DNA from: Patescibacteria group bacterium
Lineage (GTDB): Bacteria > Patescibacteriota > Patescibacteriia > Magasanikbacterales > GWA2-37-8
Assembly (NCBI GenBank): GCA_004321885.1
Contig: SCQK01000004.1
Coordinates: 1 to 64,000, forward strand
Direction of reading: 5' to 3'
Length of the DNA: 64,000 bases
This document shows, in pieces, positions 20,826 to 29,625 of the stretch (the first letter of the stretch is position 1; every line of letters begins with the position of its first letter). The notes beneath the pieces were generated by a model that was not told where the DNA came from, did not search any database, and saw only the letters and a program-made list of their open reading frames with translations. The translations under genes were made by a program, and so were the position numbers.

Positions 20826-22025
20826 TCACTTTAGCAACATCGCGTCGCCGAAACTGTAAAATCTATACTTGGCTTCAATCGCTTTTTTATAACAATCCAA
20901 AGTGAATTTAATTGCTTGACGACTGGCGACCGGAGATCCTGAAACAAGTTCAGGATGACAATCGGCGATGAAAGCGGATACCAGCATCAGCAGGGTTGAC
21001 TGGGGCAGATGAAAATTGGTAATCAGCGCGTCTATTATTTGAAACTTGAAACCCGGGGTGATAAAAAGATTAACGTCGCCGGTGTATGGCCTGACCGCGC
21101 CGCTTGCGGCGATCCCTTCCAACGCGCGCACGGTGGTTGTGCCCACGGCCACCACTCGCCTGCCCTCGCGCTTGGCCGCGTTTATTAGGTCGGCATTTTT
21201 GGCCGAGAGCTCCACCCACTCGCCGTGCATTTTGTGTTCTTCCACTTTTTTTGTTTTCACCGGCACAAAAGTGCCCATCCCCACGTGCAATGTTACTTCG
21301 GCAAACTCCACGCCCTTGTTTTTTAATTGTTCAATCAACTCTGGCGTGAAATGAAATCCGGCCGTGGGCGCGGCCACCGAACCCTCGTGCTTGGCGTACA
21401 CGGTTTGGTATTGTTCGGGCGTGGCTGACGCTCCGATGTATGGCGGGGTCGGCACCTCGCCGTACTTGTTCGCCTTCTCGCGCACCACTAAATCATCATC
21501 GCCAAATTGCGCCAAAAAAGTCCCGTTATTTTCTTTAAGCAAAATTTCGCAGGCGAAGTCCTCGGCAAAAACCACTTTCATGCCCAGCCGCAATTTCCTG
21601 CCCGGCTTAGCCAGTACCCGCCAGACGCCTTTGTTTTCCATGGGACGGACCAAAAATATCTCCACCGGCGGGGCGTTCAAAATCACGCCAGTGCTGTCAT
21701 TGTGAGGAGTTCCGAGTACTCGGGACGACGAAGCAATCCCATTCGTAACTGCAAGGGATTGCTTCATTCCACTTCGTTCCATTCGCAATGACAATCGCGT
21801 GTCCAGCATCGCCCGTCCGCGCAAACGCGCCTTAAAAACTTTTGTGTTATTCCACACCACCAAATCGCCGGCGCCCAAATAGTGAACAATATCATAAAAA
21901 TGCCGGTGCGTAATGGTCCGGCTTTTTTTATCCACCACCATCAAACGCGACCAATCGCGCCGTTCTGCGGGGAATTGAGTTATCAATTCCTTTGGAAGCG
22001 CGTAATCAAAAAGAGAGGTTTCCAT
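20826..22025 (-). CDS. queA: S-adenosylmethionine:tRNA ribosyltransferase-isomerase
   Basis: METSLFDYALPKELITQFPAERRDWSRLMVV, GEVPTPPYI, VAAPTAGFHFT and GTTTVRALE. Two in-frame repeat-derived insertions: RLSLRMERSGMKQSLAVTNGIASSSRVLGTPHNDS and CHPELVSGSPVASRQ. Confidence 0.9.
   Translation of the reverse strand: METSLFDYALPKELITQFPAERRDWSRLMVVDKKSRTITHRHFYDIVHYLGAGDLVVWNNTKVFKARLRGRAMLDTRLSLRMERSGMKQSLAVTNGIASSSRVLGTPHNDSTGVILNAPPVEIFLVRPMENKGVWRVLAKPGRKLRLGMKVVFAEDFACEILLKENNGTFLAQFGDDDLVVREKANKYGEVPTPPYIGASATPEQYQTVYAKHEGSVAAPTAGFHFTPELIEQLKNKGVEFAEVTLHVGMGTFVPVKTKKVEEHKMHGEWVELSAKNADLINAAKREGRRVVAVGTTTVRALEGIAASGAVRPYTGDVNLFITPGFKFQIIDALITNFHLPQSTLLMLVSAFIADCHPELVSGSPVASRQAIKFTLDCYKKAIEAKYRFYSFGDAMLLK
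21696..21792. repeat. P-family palindrome, copy 3 (in frame inside queA)
   Basis: GTCATTGTGAGG...GAAGCAATCC...GGATTGCTTC...TTCGCAATGAC. Confidence 0.8.
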
Positions 22026-22040
22026 TTTTGAAAAAATACT

Positions 22041-22152
22041 AATTCCCAATTTCCAATGACCAATTTCCAATCAAGCACCAAACCACAATTACCAATTTGG
22101 ACATTGGGATTTAGGATTTGTTTGGTCATTGAAAATTGATAATTGGAAATTT
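22041..22152. repeat. Q-family AT-rich palindrome, copy 2
   Basis: AATTCCCAATTTCCAATGACCAATTTCCAAT ... ATTTGGACATTGGGATTTAGGATTTG ... GGTCATTGAAAATTGATAATTGGAAAT, between mltG and queA. Confidence 0.8.
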
Positions 22153-22201
22153 TTAAAGCAAGCTATTTGATGTGTAACCACCAATCCCAAAAAAACTATC
22201 T

Positions 22202-23053
22202 TCATTTGAGATATTTAAACTTATTATGATTATGCTCCTCCAACGTGCGCGCGAAGCGGGCGCGGCCTTCCTTGTCCGTCAAAAAAAACCAGTAATCATT
22301 GGCCCGCGGATTGATGGCCGCGCGCAGAGAGCTAAACCCGGGGTTGCTGATGGGCCCGGGCGGCAGGCCCGGATACTTGTACGTGTTCCACGGCGAATCA
22401 TAGTCGCGCTCTTTGGCCGTGGTAAAAACATCGCCCGTGCGCGCCACCGCGTAATGCACCGAGGAGTCCACCTGCAAGGCCCAATTTTTCTTGTAGCGCC
22501 TCCACAATATATCAGCCACCATTGCCCTGTCCTCGTCAAACTTCACTTCTTTTTCCAAAATACTGGCCATGATAAGGGCCTGAAAAAAATTCCTGTTCTC
22601 GTTGATTATCTCCGCGCGCGTTTCAGAGGTAATTTTTTCCTCCAAATTGGCAAAAACTTTTTTTAGCAAATCTTCCAGCCTGGCGTCTTTGTACACGCGA
22701 TAAGTGTCGGGAAAAAAATATCCCTCATACGACACGCCATCGGGCTTACCAGAAAGCAAAGGAAAAATTTCAGCGCCGCTGTCGTCCCTAAAATTCAACA
22801 CCGGCGCGCTTTTGCCAAAGGCCGCGTAATTATAGGCCGGCTGGCCCAGCTTGCCGTAAAATTCATCATCATTTTTCACTATGTTATTTTTCACCAGCAT
22901 CTCCGCCACCTGCCGCAAATTCCAGCCCGGAATTATGGTGATATTTATTTCCTCTCTGGGAATAATCGGCGCGGGTTTGGGCCTGGCCGATTTTTTTATT
23001 AAAAAAAATACAGCGACTCCGATGATTATTACGACAAGCAAAATTTTTTTCAT
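22202..23053 (-). CDS. mltG: endolytic murein transglycosylase MltG (YceG-like)
   Basis: N-terminal TM segment, SYEGYFFPDTYRV and ASILEKEV motifs. Start ATG 23053 overlaps the upstream stop by 4 nt. Confidence 0.85.
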   Translation of the reverse strand: MKKILLVVIIIGVAVFFLIKKSARPKPAPIIPREEINITIIPGWNLRQVAEMLVKNNIVKNDDEFYGKLGQPAYNYAAFGKSAPVLNFRDDSGAEIFPLLSGKPDGVSYEGYFFPDTYRVYKDARLEDLLKKVFANLEEKITSETRAEIINENRNFFQALIMASILEKEVKFDEDRAMVADILWRRYKKNWALQVDSSVHYAVARTGDVFTTAKERDYDSPWNTYKYPGLPPGPISNPGFSSLRAAINPRANDYWFFLTDKEGRARFARTLEEHNHNKFKYLK

Positions 23054-23745
23054 AACGGCATAAACAATCTCTCCGCGAGCCGGTACTTCTCCAAAGTATC
23101 GGTCGGAAACCACTGTTCCTTGTGATGATAGGCATAAACCATTCCCTGCCCGGCCAGCGCCTCAAAACACTGCCTCTCTATGGATGAAACCCCGTCCGGC
23201 AAAATGTCCAGGGCTTTCTTGCGGAGCACAAACGCGCCCGCGTTTATCAAATTGCCCGGCGCTTCTTCTTTTTTGGGCTTTTCCACGAAACCGATAATTT
23301 TATCGCCCTCCAGCAAAGCCACGCCAAAATGTTCCACGTCTTCTCTGGGGGTAAGGGTCATGGTGATGAGACCTGGGTTAGCCGCGTGGACTTTGACCAG
23401 TTCCGTAATATCAACATTCATCAAATTGTCCCCCCAAATTAGAACAAATTCATCGGCCAAATTTTGCGCCGCCTGTTTTACCGCGCCGCCCGTGCCCAGG
23501 GGTTCGCTTTCCACCGAGTACGTCAAATTCGCGCCCAACGCGGCGCCGTCCTTAAAATATTCCCTGATTTTATCCGCGTGATAACTGACGGCCAAAGTAA
23601 TGTCTTTGATGCCATGCGCCAGTAAATTTTCAATCGCGTACTGCATAGTGGGCCTGCCTCGCACCGGAAGCAGCGGCTTGGGAGTATTGTCCGTAAGCGG
23701 CCGCAGGCGCGTGCCCAGCCCCCCGACTAAAATTATCGCTTGCAT
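23050..23745 (-). CDS. sugar-phosphate nucleotidyltransferase
   Basis: MQAIILVGGLGTRLRPLTDNTPKPLLPV, an NTP_transferase signature. 231 aa. Confidence 0.85.
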   Translation of the reverse strand: MQAIILVGGLGTRLRPLTDNTPKPLLPVRGRPTMQYAIENLLAHGIKDITLAVSYHADKIREYFKDGAALGANLTYSVESEPLGTGGAVKQAAQNLADEFVLIWGDNLMNVDITELVKVHAANPGLITMTLTPREDVEHFGVALLEGDKIIGFVEKPKKEEAPGNLINAGAFVLRKKALDILPDGVSSIERQCFEALAGQGMVYAYHHKEQWFPTDTLEKYRLAERLFMPL

Positions 23746-23837
23746 ATTGGTGTATTCTACCAGCTAATTCCGCGTTGCGCAAGATGCCGGTCTCTTGAAA
23801 AAAAACAGCTAAAATGGTATGATTCCCGCCGAAATAC

Positions 23838-23910
23838 GCGCCTGTAGCTCATCGGTTAGAGCAATTGCCTTATAAGCAATGGGCAGATGGTCCGACTCCA
23901 TCCAGGCGCA
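23838..23910 (+). tRNA. tRNA-Ile, anticodon UAU
   Basis: GCGCCTG TA GCTC-ATCGGTTA-GAGC A ATTGC-CTTATAA-GCAAT GGGCA GATGG-TCCGACT-CCATC CAGGCGC A. No encoded CCA. Upstream promoter TTGAAA, 17-nt spacer, TATGAT. Confidence 0.9.
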
Positions 23911-23923
23911 CGAATAATTGTAT

Positions 23924-24574
23924 ATGTTTTACAAAAACATCCCAAAACCCGGCGCTAATTTTAGAGCCAAGACCGGACTAAGCAGTTTTCAAAGAAGAAT
24001 AAAAAGCGCCGCCTTCTATAATTCCGCCAGTCCGCAGGCCGCGCTAAAACTTCATCCAAAAGCCGTTGACGCCCTCATCGGGCAGGTGGCCGCCAAAGAA
24101 AACGTCATCAGGCAAAACAAACTGACTTCCTATCACGTTACTAAAATGCGCGCGAACATTAAAAAAGCCGACCCTACCCTAACCAAAGTCAGCGAGGCGA
24201 TTATTCGTAAAACCCTCACCGGACTCACGGCCCAGGCCGCCAAAGAACAATCCCCGCAAGAAAAAAAGGCAATTATCGCGCGTAATCTGGCGCGGCGGCG
24301 CGAGGCTGATTCCGAACAGCAAAACCAAAACCAGCTTCGCCAGGGCACAATCAGCAGTATGAATAGGCGGTTTATAAAGGGTTCGGCCACTGCGCTCGGA
24401 AGACGTGGATACGAAACCACGCCGGACAAACTCGGTTCTCGCAACGCCACCTATGGCAGTATAGACGCCAAAGTAAAAGCCGCTCAATACGCCAAAAAAG
24501 AAGTCAAGGGTTCGGCGATTGGGCCGGTAAAGCCCTCGGCCAAACGACCGCCTCTCATGGATTTAGCGATTTAG
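23924..24574 (+). CDS. hypothetical basic protein
   Basis: ORF of about 216 aa, rich in K/R/Q, with no motif recognised. First ATG at 23924. Confidence 0.55.
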   Translation: MFYKNIPKPGANFRAKTGLSSFQRRIKSAAFYNSASPQAALKLHPKAVDALIGQVAAKENVIRQNKLTSYHVTKMRANIKKADPTLTKVSEAIIRKTLTGLTAQAAKEQSPQEKKAIIARNLARRREADSEQQNQNQLRQGTISSMNRRFIKGSATALGRRGYETTPDKLGSRNATYGSIDAKVKAAQYAKKEVKGSAIGPVKPSAKRPPLMDLAI

Positions 24575-24577
24575 CGC

Positions 24578-25339
24578 ATGCCCAAGCAACCTTATAAAAT
24601 CATTGCTGAAACTGCGGATTATCTGGTGGTGGAAAAACCGGCCGGCCTGTTGACGCATTCCACCGCCAAACGCGAGCCAGACTCACTGGCTGAGTTGTTG
24701 GCAAAAAAATACCCGGAAATGCGCGAGGTGGGCGACTCCCCGGCCGAACGCCCGGGCATTGCGCACCGGCTGGACAAAGAAGCCTCGGGCTTGCTGGCGG
24801 CGGCGCGCACCCAAAAGATGTTTGAACATTTGAAAAAACAGTTCCAGGAACGAACCGTGGAAAAAGAATACATCGCCCTGGTACACGGCAAGGTGGCAAA
24901 AGATGTCGGCGAAATAAACTTCCCCATCGGCCGAGCGACGAACAAGGAGAGGATGGCGGCCAGGCCGTTTACCCCTCCCTCGCCACCACACCAAAAATTT
25001 TGGTGTGGTGGCGAGCCCTCCCCTTCTAAGGGGGAGGGGAAAATGGCCAGCACTGAATTTGAGGTGGAAAAGCGATTCATCAATTTCACCCTATTGCGCG
25101 TCAAAATCCACACCGGCCGCATGCACCAGATTCGCGTTCATTTGCTCGCCTACGGCAACCCGCTCGTCGGCGACCCGCTCTACATCAAAAGAAAACAAAA
25201 GCGCAAATGGGACCAGGCGCTGGGACGACTTTTCTTGCACTGCGTAAAATTAGTGTTCAAAGATTTGAATGGGGCGCCGCGAACATTTACTTCCCCGTTG
25301 CCGCTTGAATTGGAAAATTTTCTTAAAAAAATAAAGTAG
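24578..25339 (+). CDS. RluA-family pseudouridine synthase
   Basis: GIAHRLDKEASGLL catalytic motif and HTGRMHQIRVHL. Carries an in-frame palindromic insertion (PPSPPHQKFWCGGEPSPSKGEGK). Confidence 0.85.
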   Translation: MPKQPYKIIAETADYLVVEKPAGLLTHSTAKREPDSLAELLAKKYPEMREVGDSPAERPGIAHRLDKEASGLLAAARTQKMFEHLKKQFQERTVEKEYIALVHGKVAKDVGEINFPIGRATNKERMAARPFTPPSPPHQKFWCGGEPSPSKGEGKMASTEFEVEKRFINFTLLRVKIHTGRMHQIRVHLLAYGNPLVGDPLYIKRKQKRKWDQALGRLFLHCVKLVFKDLNGAPRTFTSPLPLELENFLKKIK

Positions 25340-25340
25340 T

Positions 25341-25925
25341 ATGGGACTTCTCGTCATCATCTCATCTCCCTCGGGCGGCGGCAAAGACTCGGTTATCAAC
25401 GGGTTGCTTAAGATAATTCCCAATTCCGGACGCCTGGTAACCGTTACCTCTCGCCCGCCCCGCCCGGGCAATATGGAGGGAATTGACTACCACTTCATCA
25501 GCCAAAAAGAATTTAAAAAACGGCTAAGCGAAAAATGTTTCTTTGAATATAATATGTATTCAAACCATTATTACGGCACGGACAAACATCTGCTCAACGA
25601 GGCGCTGGCCAAATATGACGTTATATTTTCCCAAATTGAAATAAACGGCAAGCACAATCTGGACAAGGCCGGGGTGAAAAATTTGTCCATATTCTTGATG
25701 CCGGAAAATCTAAACGATTTGCGCCAAAGAATCGCGCGGCGGGGCGGTTTGACGCCGCAACAGATTGAAGAAAGGATGAAAATCGCGGAGAAAGAGATGA
25801 AAGAATCGGCGGATTATGATTTTAGGGTGGTAAATAAAGAAGGAAAGCTGGATAAAACCATAGAGCGGGTAAAAAAGATAATCTTGACAAAAATGAGAAA
25901 AAAAGATAGAATGCCTGGTACTTAA
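25341..25925 (+). CDS. gmk: guanylate kinase
   Basis: VIISSPSGGGKDS P-loop and TSRPPRPGNMEGIDYHFISQKEF. Confidence 0.9.
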   Translation: MGLLVIISSPSGGGKDSVINGLLKIIPNSGRLVTVTSRPPRPGNMEGIDYHFISQKEFKKRLSEKCFFEYNMYSNHYYGTDKHLLNEALAKYDVIFSQIEINGKHNLDKAGVKNLSIFLMPENLNDLRQRIARRGGLTPQQIEERMKIAEKEMKESADYDFRVVNKEGKLDKTIERVKKIILTKMRKKDRMPGT

Positions 25926-25957
25926 AACAACTGGATTCCCCCGACTAAGTCGGGGGA

Positions 25958-26302
25958 ATGACAATTATGACCGAAACAACCACAAAAGCGGCAGTCTACA
26001 AGCCCGGCATGACCGTGAAGGTGCACCAAAAAATCAGGGAATTAAACGTTAAAGGCGAGGAAAAAGAACGCATTCAGATTTTTGAAGGCATGATTATCGC
26101 GGCCAAGCACGGCAATGAGCCGGGCGCCACCATTACGGTGCGCAAGGTTTCAGGCGGCGTGGGCGTGGAAAAAATTTTCCCGATTCATTCGCCCATCATA
26201 GAGAAAATAGAGGTGGAGCGCGAATACGCGGTGCGGCGCGCCAAACTCCACTATCTGCGCGACCCGAAATTTAAGAGGCGGCTGAAAGAGAAAACGAAGT
26301 AA
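25958..26302 (+). CDS. rplS: 50S ribosomal protein L19
   Basis: [55 protein letters not shown]. Confidence 0.9.
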   Translation: MTIMTETTTKAAVYKPGMTVKVHQKIRELNVKGEEKERIQIFEGMIIAAKHGNEPGATITVRKVSGGVGVEKIFPIHSPIIEKIEVEREYAVRRAKLHYLRDPKFKRRLKEKTK

Positions 26303-26311
26303 ATAAAAAAA

Positions 26312-26388
26312 CTGGCTCCATACTCTGTGTGGAGCCAGTTTGCAATACGGCTCCACAGCCCCGACTAAGTCGGGGACTATGGAGCCAG
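26312..26388. repeat. R-family repeat, copy 4
   Basis: CTGGCTCCATACTCTGTGTGGAGCCAGTTTGCAATACGGCTCCACAGCCCCGACTAAGTCGGGGACTATGGAGCCAG, between the convergent rplS and uvrA. Confidence 0.85.
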
Positions 26389-26416
26389 CTACTGACCAGC
26401 GATTGGGAGCGGGATT

Positions 26417-29341
26417 TTATCCTTTTAAGTACTTCCCGGTCCAGCTTTTTTTGCTCTTCATAATATCACGCGGAGCGCCCGCGGCCACAATCTCTCCGCC
26501 CTTGTCCCCGCCCTCTGGCCCCATGTCTATCACCCAATCGGCTGAACGTATCACGTCCAGATTGTGCTCTATCACCAGCACGGTGTTGCCTTTGGCCACC
26601 AATCTGTTCAACACTTCCAACAAATGTTTTATATCTTCAAAATGCAAGCCAGTGGTGGGTTCGTCCAAAATATATAATGAATGTCCGGACGCGCTGCGCG
26701 ACAGCTCGGCGGACAGCTTTATTCTCTGGGCTTCGCCGCCCGAAACCGTGGTGGCCGGCTGGCCCAGCTGAACATAGCCCAAACCGATTTCGCGCAACAC
26801 GCCCAACTTGCCGGCGATGGGCGGAACGTCGTTAAAAAAAGCAAAGGCCTCGTCTACGGTCATACGCAAGACATCGGCGATATTCTTGTTGCGGTAATGT
26901 ATCTCCAGGGCCTCGCGATTATAGCGGTCTCCGCCGCACTCATTGCACTGCATGTACACGTCGGCCAAAAATTGCATGGGGATGCGCACATAGCCCTCAC
27001 CGGCGCAGGCCTCGCAACGGCCCCCGCCCTTCACGTTAAAACTGAACTTGCCGGCGTCGTAGCCGTTCATTTTGGCTTCGGGCAAACCGGCGAACAAATC
27101 GCGAATCAAAGTAAACAGCCCCGTGTACGTAGCCGGATTACTGCGCGGGGTGCGGCCGATGGGCGACTGGTCCACGGTAATTACTTTGTCAATATTTTCA
27201 ATGCCTTTAATTTTTTTGTGCTCGCCCGGCAAATCTTTGGCCCGATAAAAATGGCGGGCCAGCTGTCTGCCCAAAATATCCACGATGAGCGAAGACTTGC
27301 CCGAACCAGACACGCCGGTCACGCACACGAATTTGCCCAAGGGGATGTCGGCGTCCACATTTTTCAAATTAAAGGCCCTGGCGCCGAGGATAGAAATTTT
27401 TTTGTTGGATTTTTGCAGACGCGCCCCCATTTTTATGGGCAGGACGCCCCGGCCGACTAGATACTTTCCCGTAACCGATTTTTTATTTTTTTTTATCTGT
27501 TGTAAACTGCCGGCCGCCACGATTTCGCCGCCGGAGAGGCCGGCGCCCGGCCCCATATCAATTAAATAATCCGCGCCGGCCATCATAGCGCTGTCGTGCT
27601 CCACCACTATTACAGTGTTGCCCAAATCGCGCAAAAATTTCAGGGCGCCGATGAGTTTGGCGTTGTCTTTGGGATGCAGGCCCACCGAAGGCTCGTCTAA
27701 AATATATATAATGCCGGTAAGGCCCGACGACAGCTGGCCGGCCAAACGCACGCGCGTCACCTCTCCACCCGAGAGCGTGTTCATGGCGCGCCCCAGCGAC
27801 AAGTATCCCAAGCCCACCTCCTGTAAATTTTGCAAGCGCTTGATTGTTTCTTTGATGATGGTTTCACCGTGCTGGGCAAAAACTTTGCCTCCCATCCCCC
27901 ATTTGTCCCCCCCTCTGGCAGAGGAAGAAAGCTTTTCCAAAACCGACACGGCTTGCCCGGCCGACAGCTCGGAAATATCCGCGATGCTGTACTGGCCCAG
28001 CTTCACGGCCAATGACTCCACGCGCAAACGTTTGCCATGGCACAGGGAACACACCTGCTCGCGCATGTACTGTTCTATTTCACCGCGCACATAATCAGAA
28101 TCGGTCTCCAAATGCCGCTGGGTCAGATTGGTAATCACCCCGGAAAAAACGGTTTTCTTTCCGTCTATTTCGTATGTCTCGTTGTCGCCGTACAAAATCA
28201 GCTTCATCTGCGCATCGGAAAGTTCTGCTACTGGCGCATTCAGAGAAAAATCATGTTTCTGCGCGACCGCGGCCAGAATTTTTTGGTACCACGTTTGATT
28301 GCCGGTAATGCGGGTCCAGGGCTGGATAGCGCCCTCGGCCAAAGTAAGCCGCTTGTTAGGCGCCACCAGCTCCGGGTCAACTTCCATGGTCACGCCCAAA
28401 CCAGTACAACGCGGGCAGGCGCCATAAGGGCTGTTAAAACTAAAACTGCGCATGTCAATCGCCGGCATTACTTTGCCGCATTTAGCGCACAGCCCTTCGG
28501 TGGAAAACAACACTTCCCTCCCCCTTTTTAAGGGGAAGGCGGGGTGGGGGTAAGACGCCGCAATCACACTGCCGTTGCTCAAATCCAAGGCCGTCTCCAC
28601 CATTTTGGCGATGTTGGGCTGTTTCTTGGCATTCTGGGTGGAAATATTTCCCACCACCAGTTCCACGTTGTATTTTTTATTGGGCAAAAAACCAAAACGC
28701 GCGAATTCGTTTAGTTTCATCAGCTCGCCGTTTACCCGCACCGTGTCAAAACCCGACTTTTCCACTTTGTCCAGCAATGCGGCATGACTGGGTTCCCCTC
28801 CCCCTTTTAGAGCTTGTCCCGAACTTGTTTCGGGAGGGAGGACAGAGGAGGGGGTATTTGGCGAGGATGGGGTCAATGGAGACAACACCCACACCTCGGA
28901 ACTATTCCGCGTCATCTTTCTCACTTCCTCGGTAATCTGGCCGGGCGTAAACGACATCACTGGCACGCCGCAACCGGGGCAGTATTGCGCGCCCACGCGC
29001 GCGAAGAGCAAACGCAAATAATCGTAAATCTCGGTGATAGTGCCCACGGTGGAACGCGGATTCTGCGAAGAACTTTTCTGGCCGATGGCGATGGTGGGAG
29101 AAAGCCCCTCCACGCTGTCCACGTCCGGCTTGTCGCGCACGTCCATAAACTGGCGCGCGAAAGAAGACAGCGACTCGGCGTAGCGGCGCTGGCCCTCGGC
29201 GTAAATTGTGTCAAAGGCGAGCGAGGATTTTCCCGAACCGGACAAGCCGGTAATCACTACCAGCTTGTTCTTGGGAATTTCCACGTTTATATTCTTCAAG
29301 TTGTGTACTCTCGCCCCTTTGATGATTATTTTATCAGCCAT
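26417..29341 (-). CDS. uvrA: excinuclease ABC subunit A
   Basis: [54 protein letters not shown], two ABC modules and zinc-finger cysteines. 974 aa including in-frame repeat-derived segments ([15 protein letters not shown]). Confidence 0.95.
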   Translation of the reverse strand: MADKIIIKGARVHNLKNINVEIPKNKLVVITGLSGSGKSSLAFDTIYAEGQRRYAESLSSFARQFMDVRDKPDVDSVEGLSPTIAIGQKSSSQNPRSTVGTITEIYDYLRLLFARVGAQYCPGCGVPVMSFTPGQITEEVRKMTRNSSEVWVLSPLTPSSPNTPSSVLPPETSSGQALKGGGEPSHAALLDKVEKSGFDTVRVNGELMKLNEFARFGFLPNKKYNVELVVGNISTQNAKKQPNIAKMVETALDLSNGSVIAASYPHPAFPLKRGREVLFSTEGLCAKCGKVMPAIDMRSFSFNSPYGACPRCTGLGVTMEVDPELVAPNKRLTLAEGAIQPWTRITGNQTWYQKILAAVAQKHDFSLNAPVAELSDAQMKLILYGDNETYEIDGKKTVFSGVITNLTQRHLETDSDYVRGEIEQYMREQVCSLCHGKRLRVESLAVKLGQYSIADISELSAGQAVSVLEKLSSSARGGDKWGMGGKVFAQHGETIIKETIKRLQNLQEVGLGYLSLGRAMNTLSGGEVTRVRLAGQLSSGLTGIIYILDEPSVGLHPKDNAKLIGALKFLRDLGNTVIVVEHDSAMMAGADYLIDMGPGAGLSGGEIVAAGSLQQIKKNKKSVTGKYLVGRGVLPIKMGARLQKSNKKISILGARAFNLKNVDADIPLGKFVCVTGVSGSGKSSLIVDILGRQLARHFYRAKDLPGEHKKIKGIENIDKVITVDQSPIGRTPRSNPATYTGLFTLIRDLFAGLPEAKMNGYDAGKFSFNVKGGGRCEACAGEGYVRIPMQFLADVYMQCNECGGDRYNREALEIHYRNKNIADVLRMTVDEAFAFFNDVPPIAGKLGVLREIGLGYVQLGQPATTVSGGEAQRIKLSAELSRSASGHSLYILDEPTTGLHFEDIKHLLEVLNRLVAKGNTVLVIEHNLDVIRSADWVIDMGPEGGDKGGEIVAAGAPRDIMKSKKSWTGKYLKG
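28796..28856. repeat. S-family hairpin inside the uvrA coding sequence
   Basis: CCCCTCCCCCTTTTAGAGCTTGTCCCGAACTTGTTTCGGGAGGGAGGACAGAGGAGGGGG. The ORF stays open across it. A second copy lies at about 28516-28552. Confidence 0.75.
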
Positions 29342-29625
29342 ATAATTGCTATCAAGCCATTATATGCACAAAATACGCCCGTGTCAACTTCTGCGCCGAC
29401 AGCCCCATTATATTTCCCAAACCTTAATTATCGGGTAGGAAGCAATTAAATTTTTTCCACATCAAAACACGCGATTTGTAATTCAAAAAATCCCGTCTTT
29501 TCATTATTGAGATTGAAGATATTTATCTCGCTCCATCATTTTCCTTCTTTGCGCCTCAAAACCGATTAACGCTGACAGTAAGTTATCTATGACCACGCTA
29601 CAAGTAACGATAATCTCGCCGTATT

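Noticed and set aside
20173-20834. Alternative ORFs in the GC-rich segment: 20173..20721 minus, 20381..20743 plus and 20505..20834 plus.
   Set aside because: Long open frames on all strands are expected at this GC content. Only the 20233..20655 frame combines an RBS and ATG with G/C at nearly all third positions.
22026-22070. Upstream extensions of several track ORFs: queA to 22070, DsbA-like to 32021, SBP to 32264, miaA to 48812, ftsH to 59047, mltG to 23113 and secE to 17121.
   Set aside because: Each extension reads through a palindromic repeat or a neighbouring gene and precedes a conserved canonical N-terminus with its own ATG. The shorter starts were used.
29342-29625. Possible small gene or ncRNA in the 284-bp gap between uvrA and the pilin-like gene.
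   Set aside because: Only very short ORFs (about 30 codons or fewer) without ribosome-binding sites. I could find no convincing promoter/terminator pair or conserved structure.
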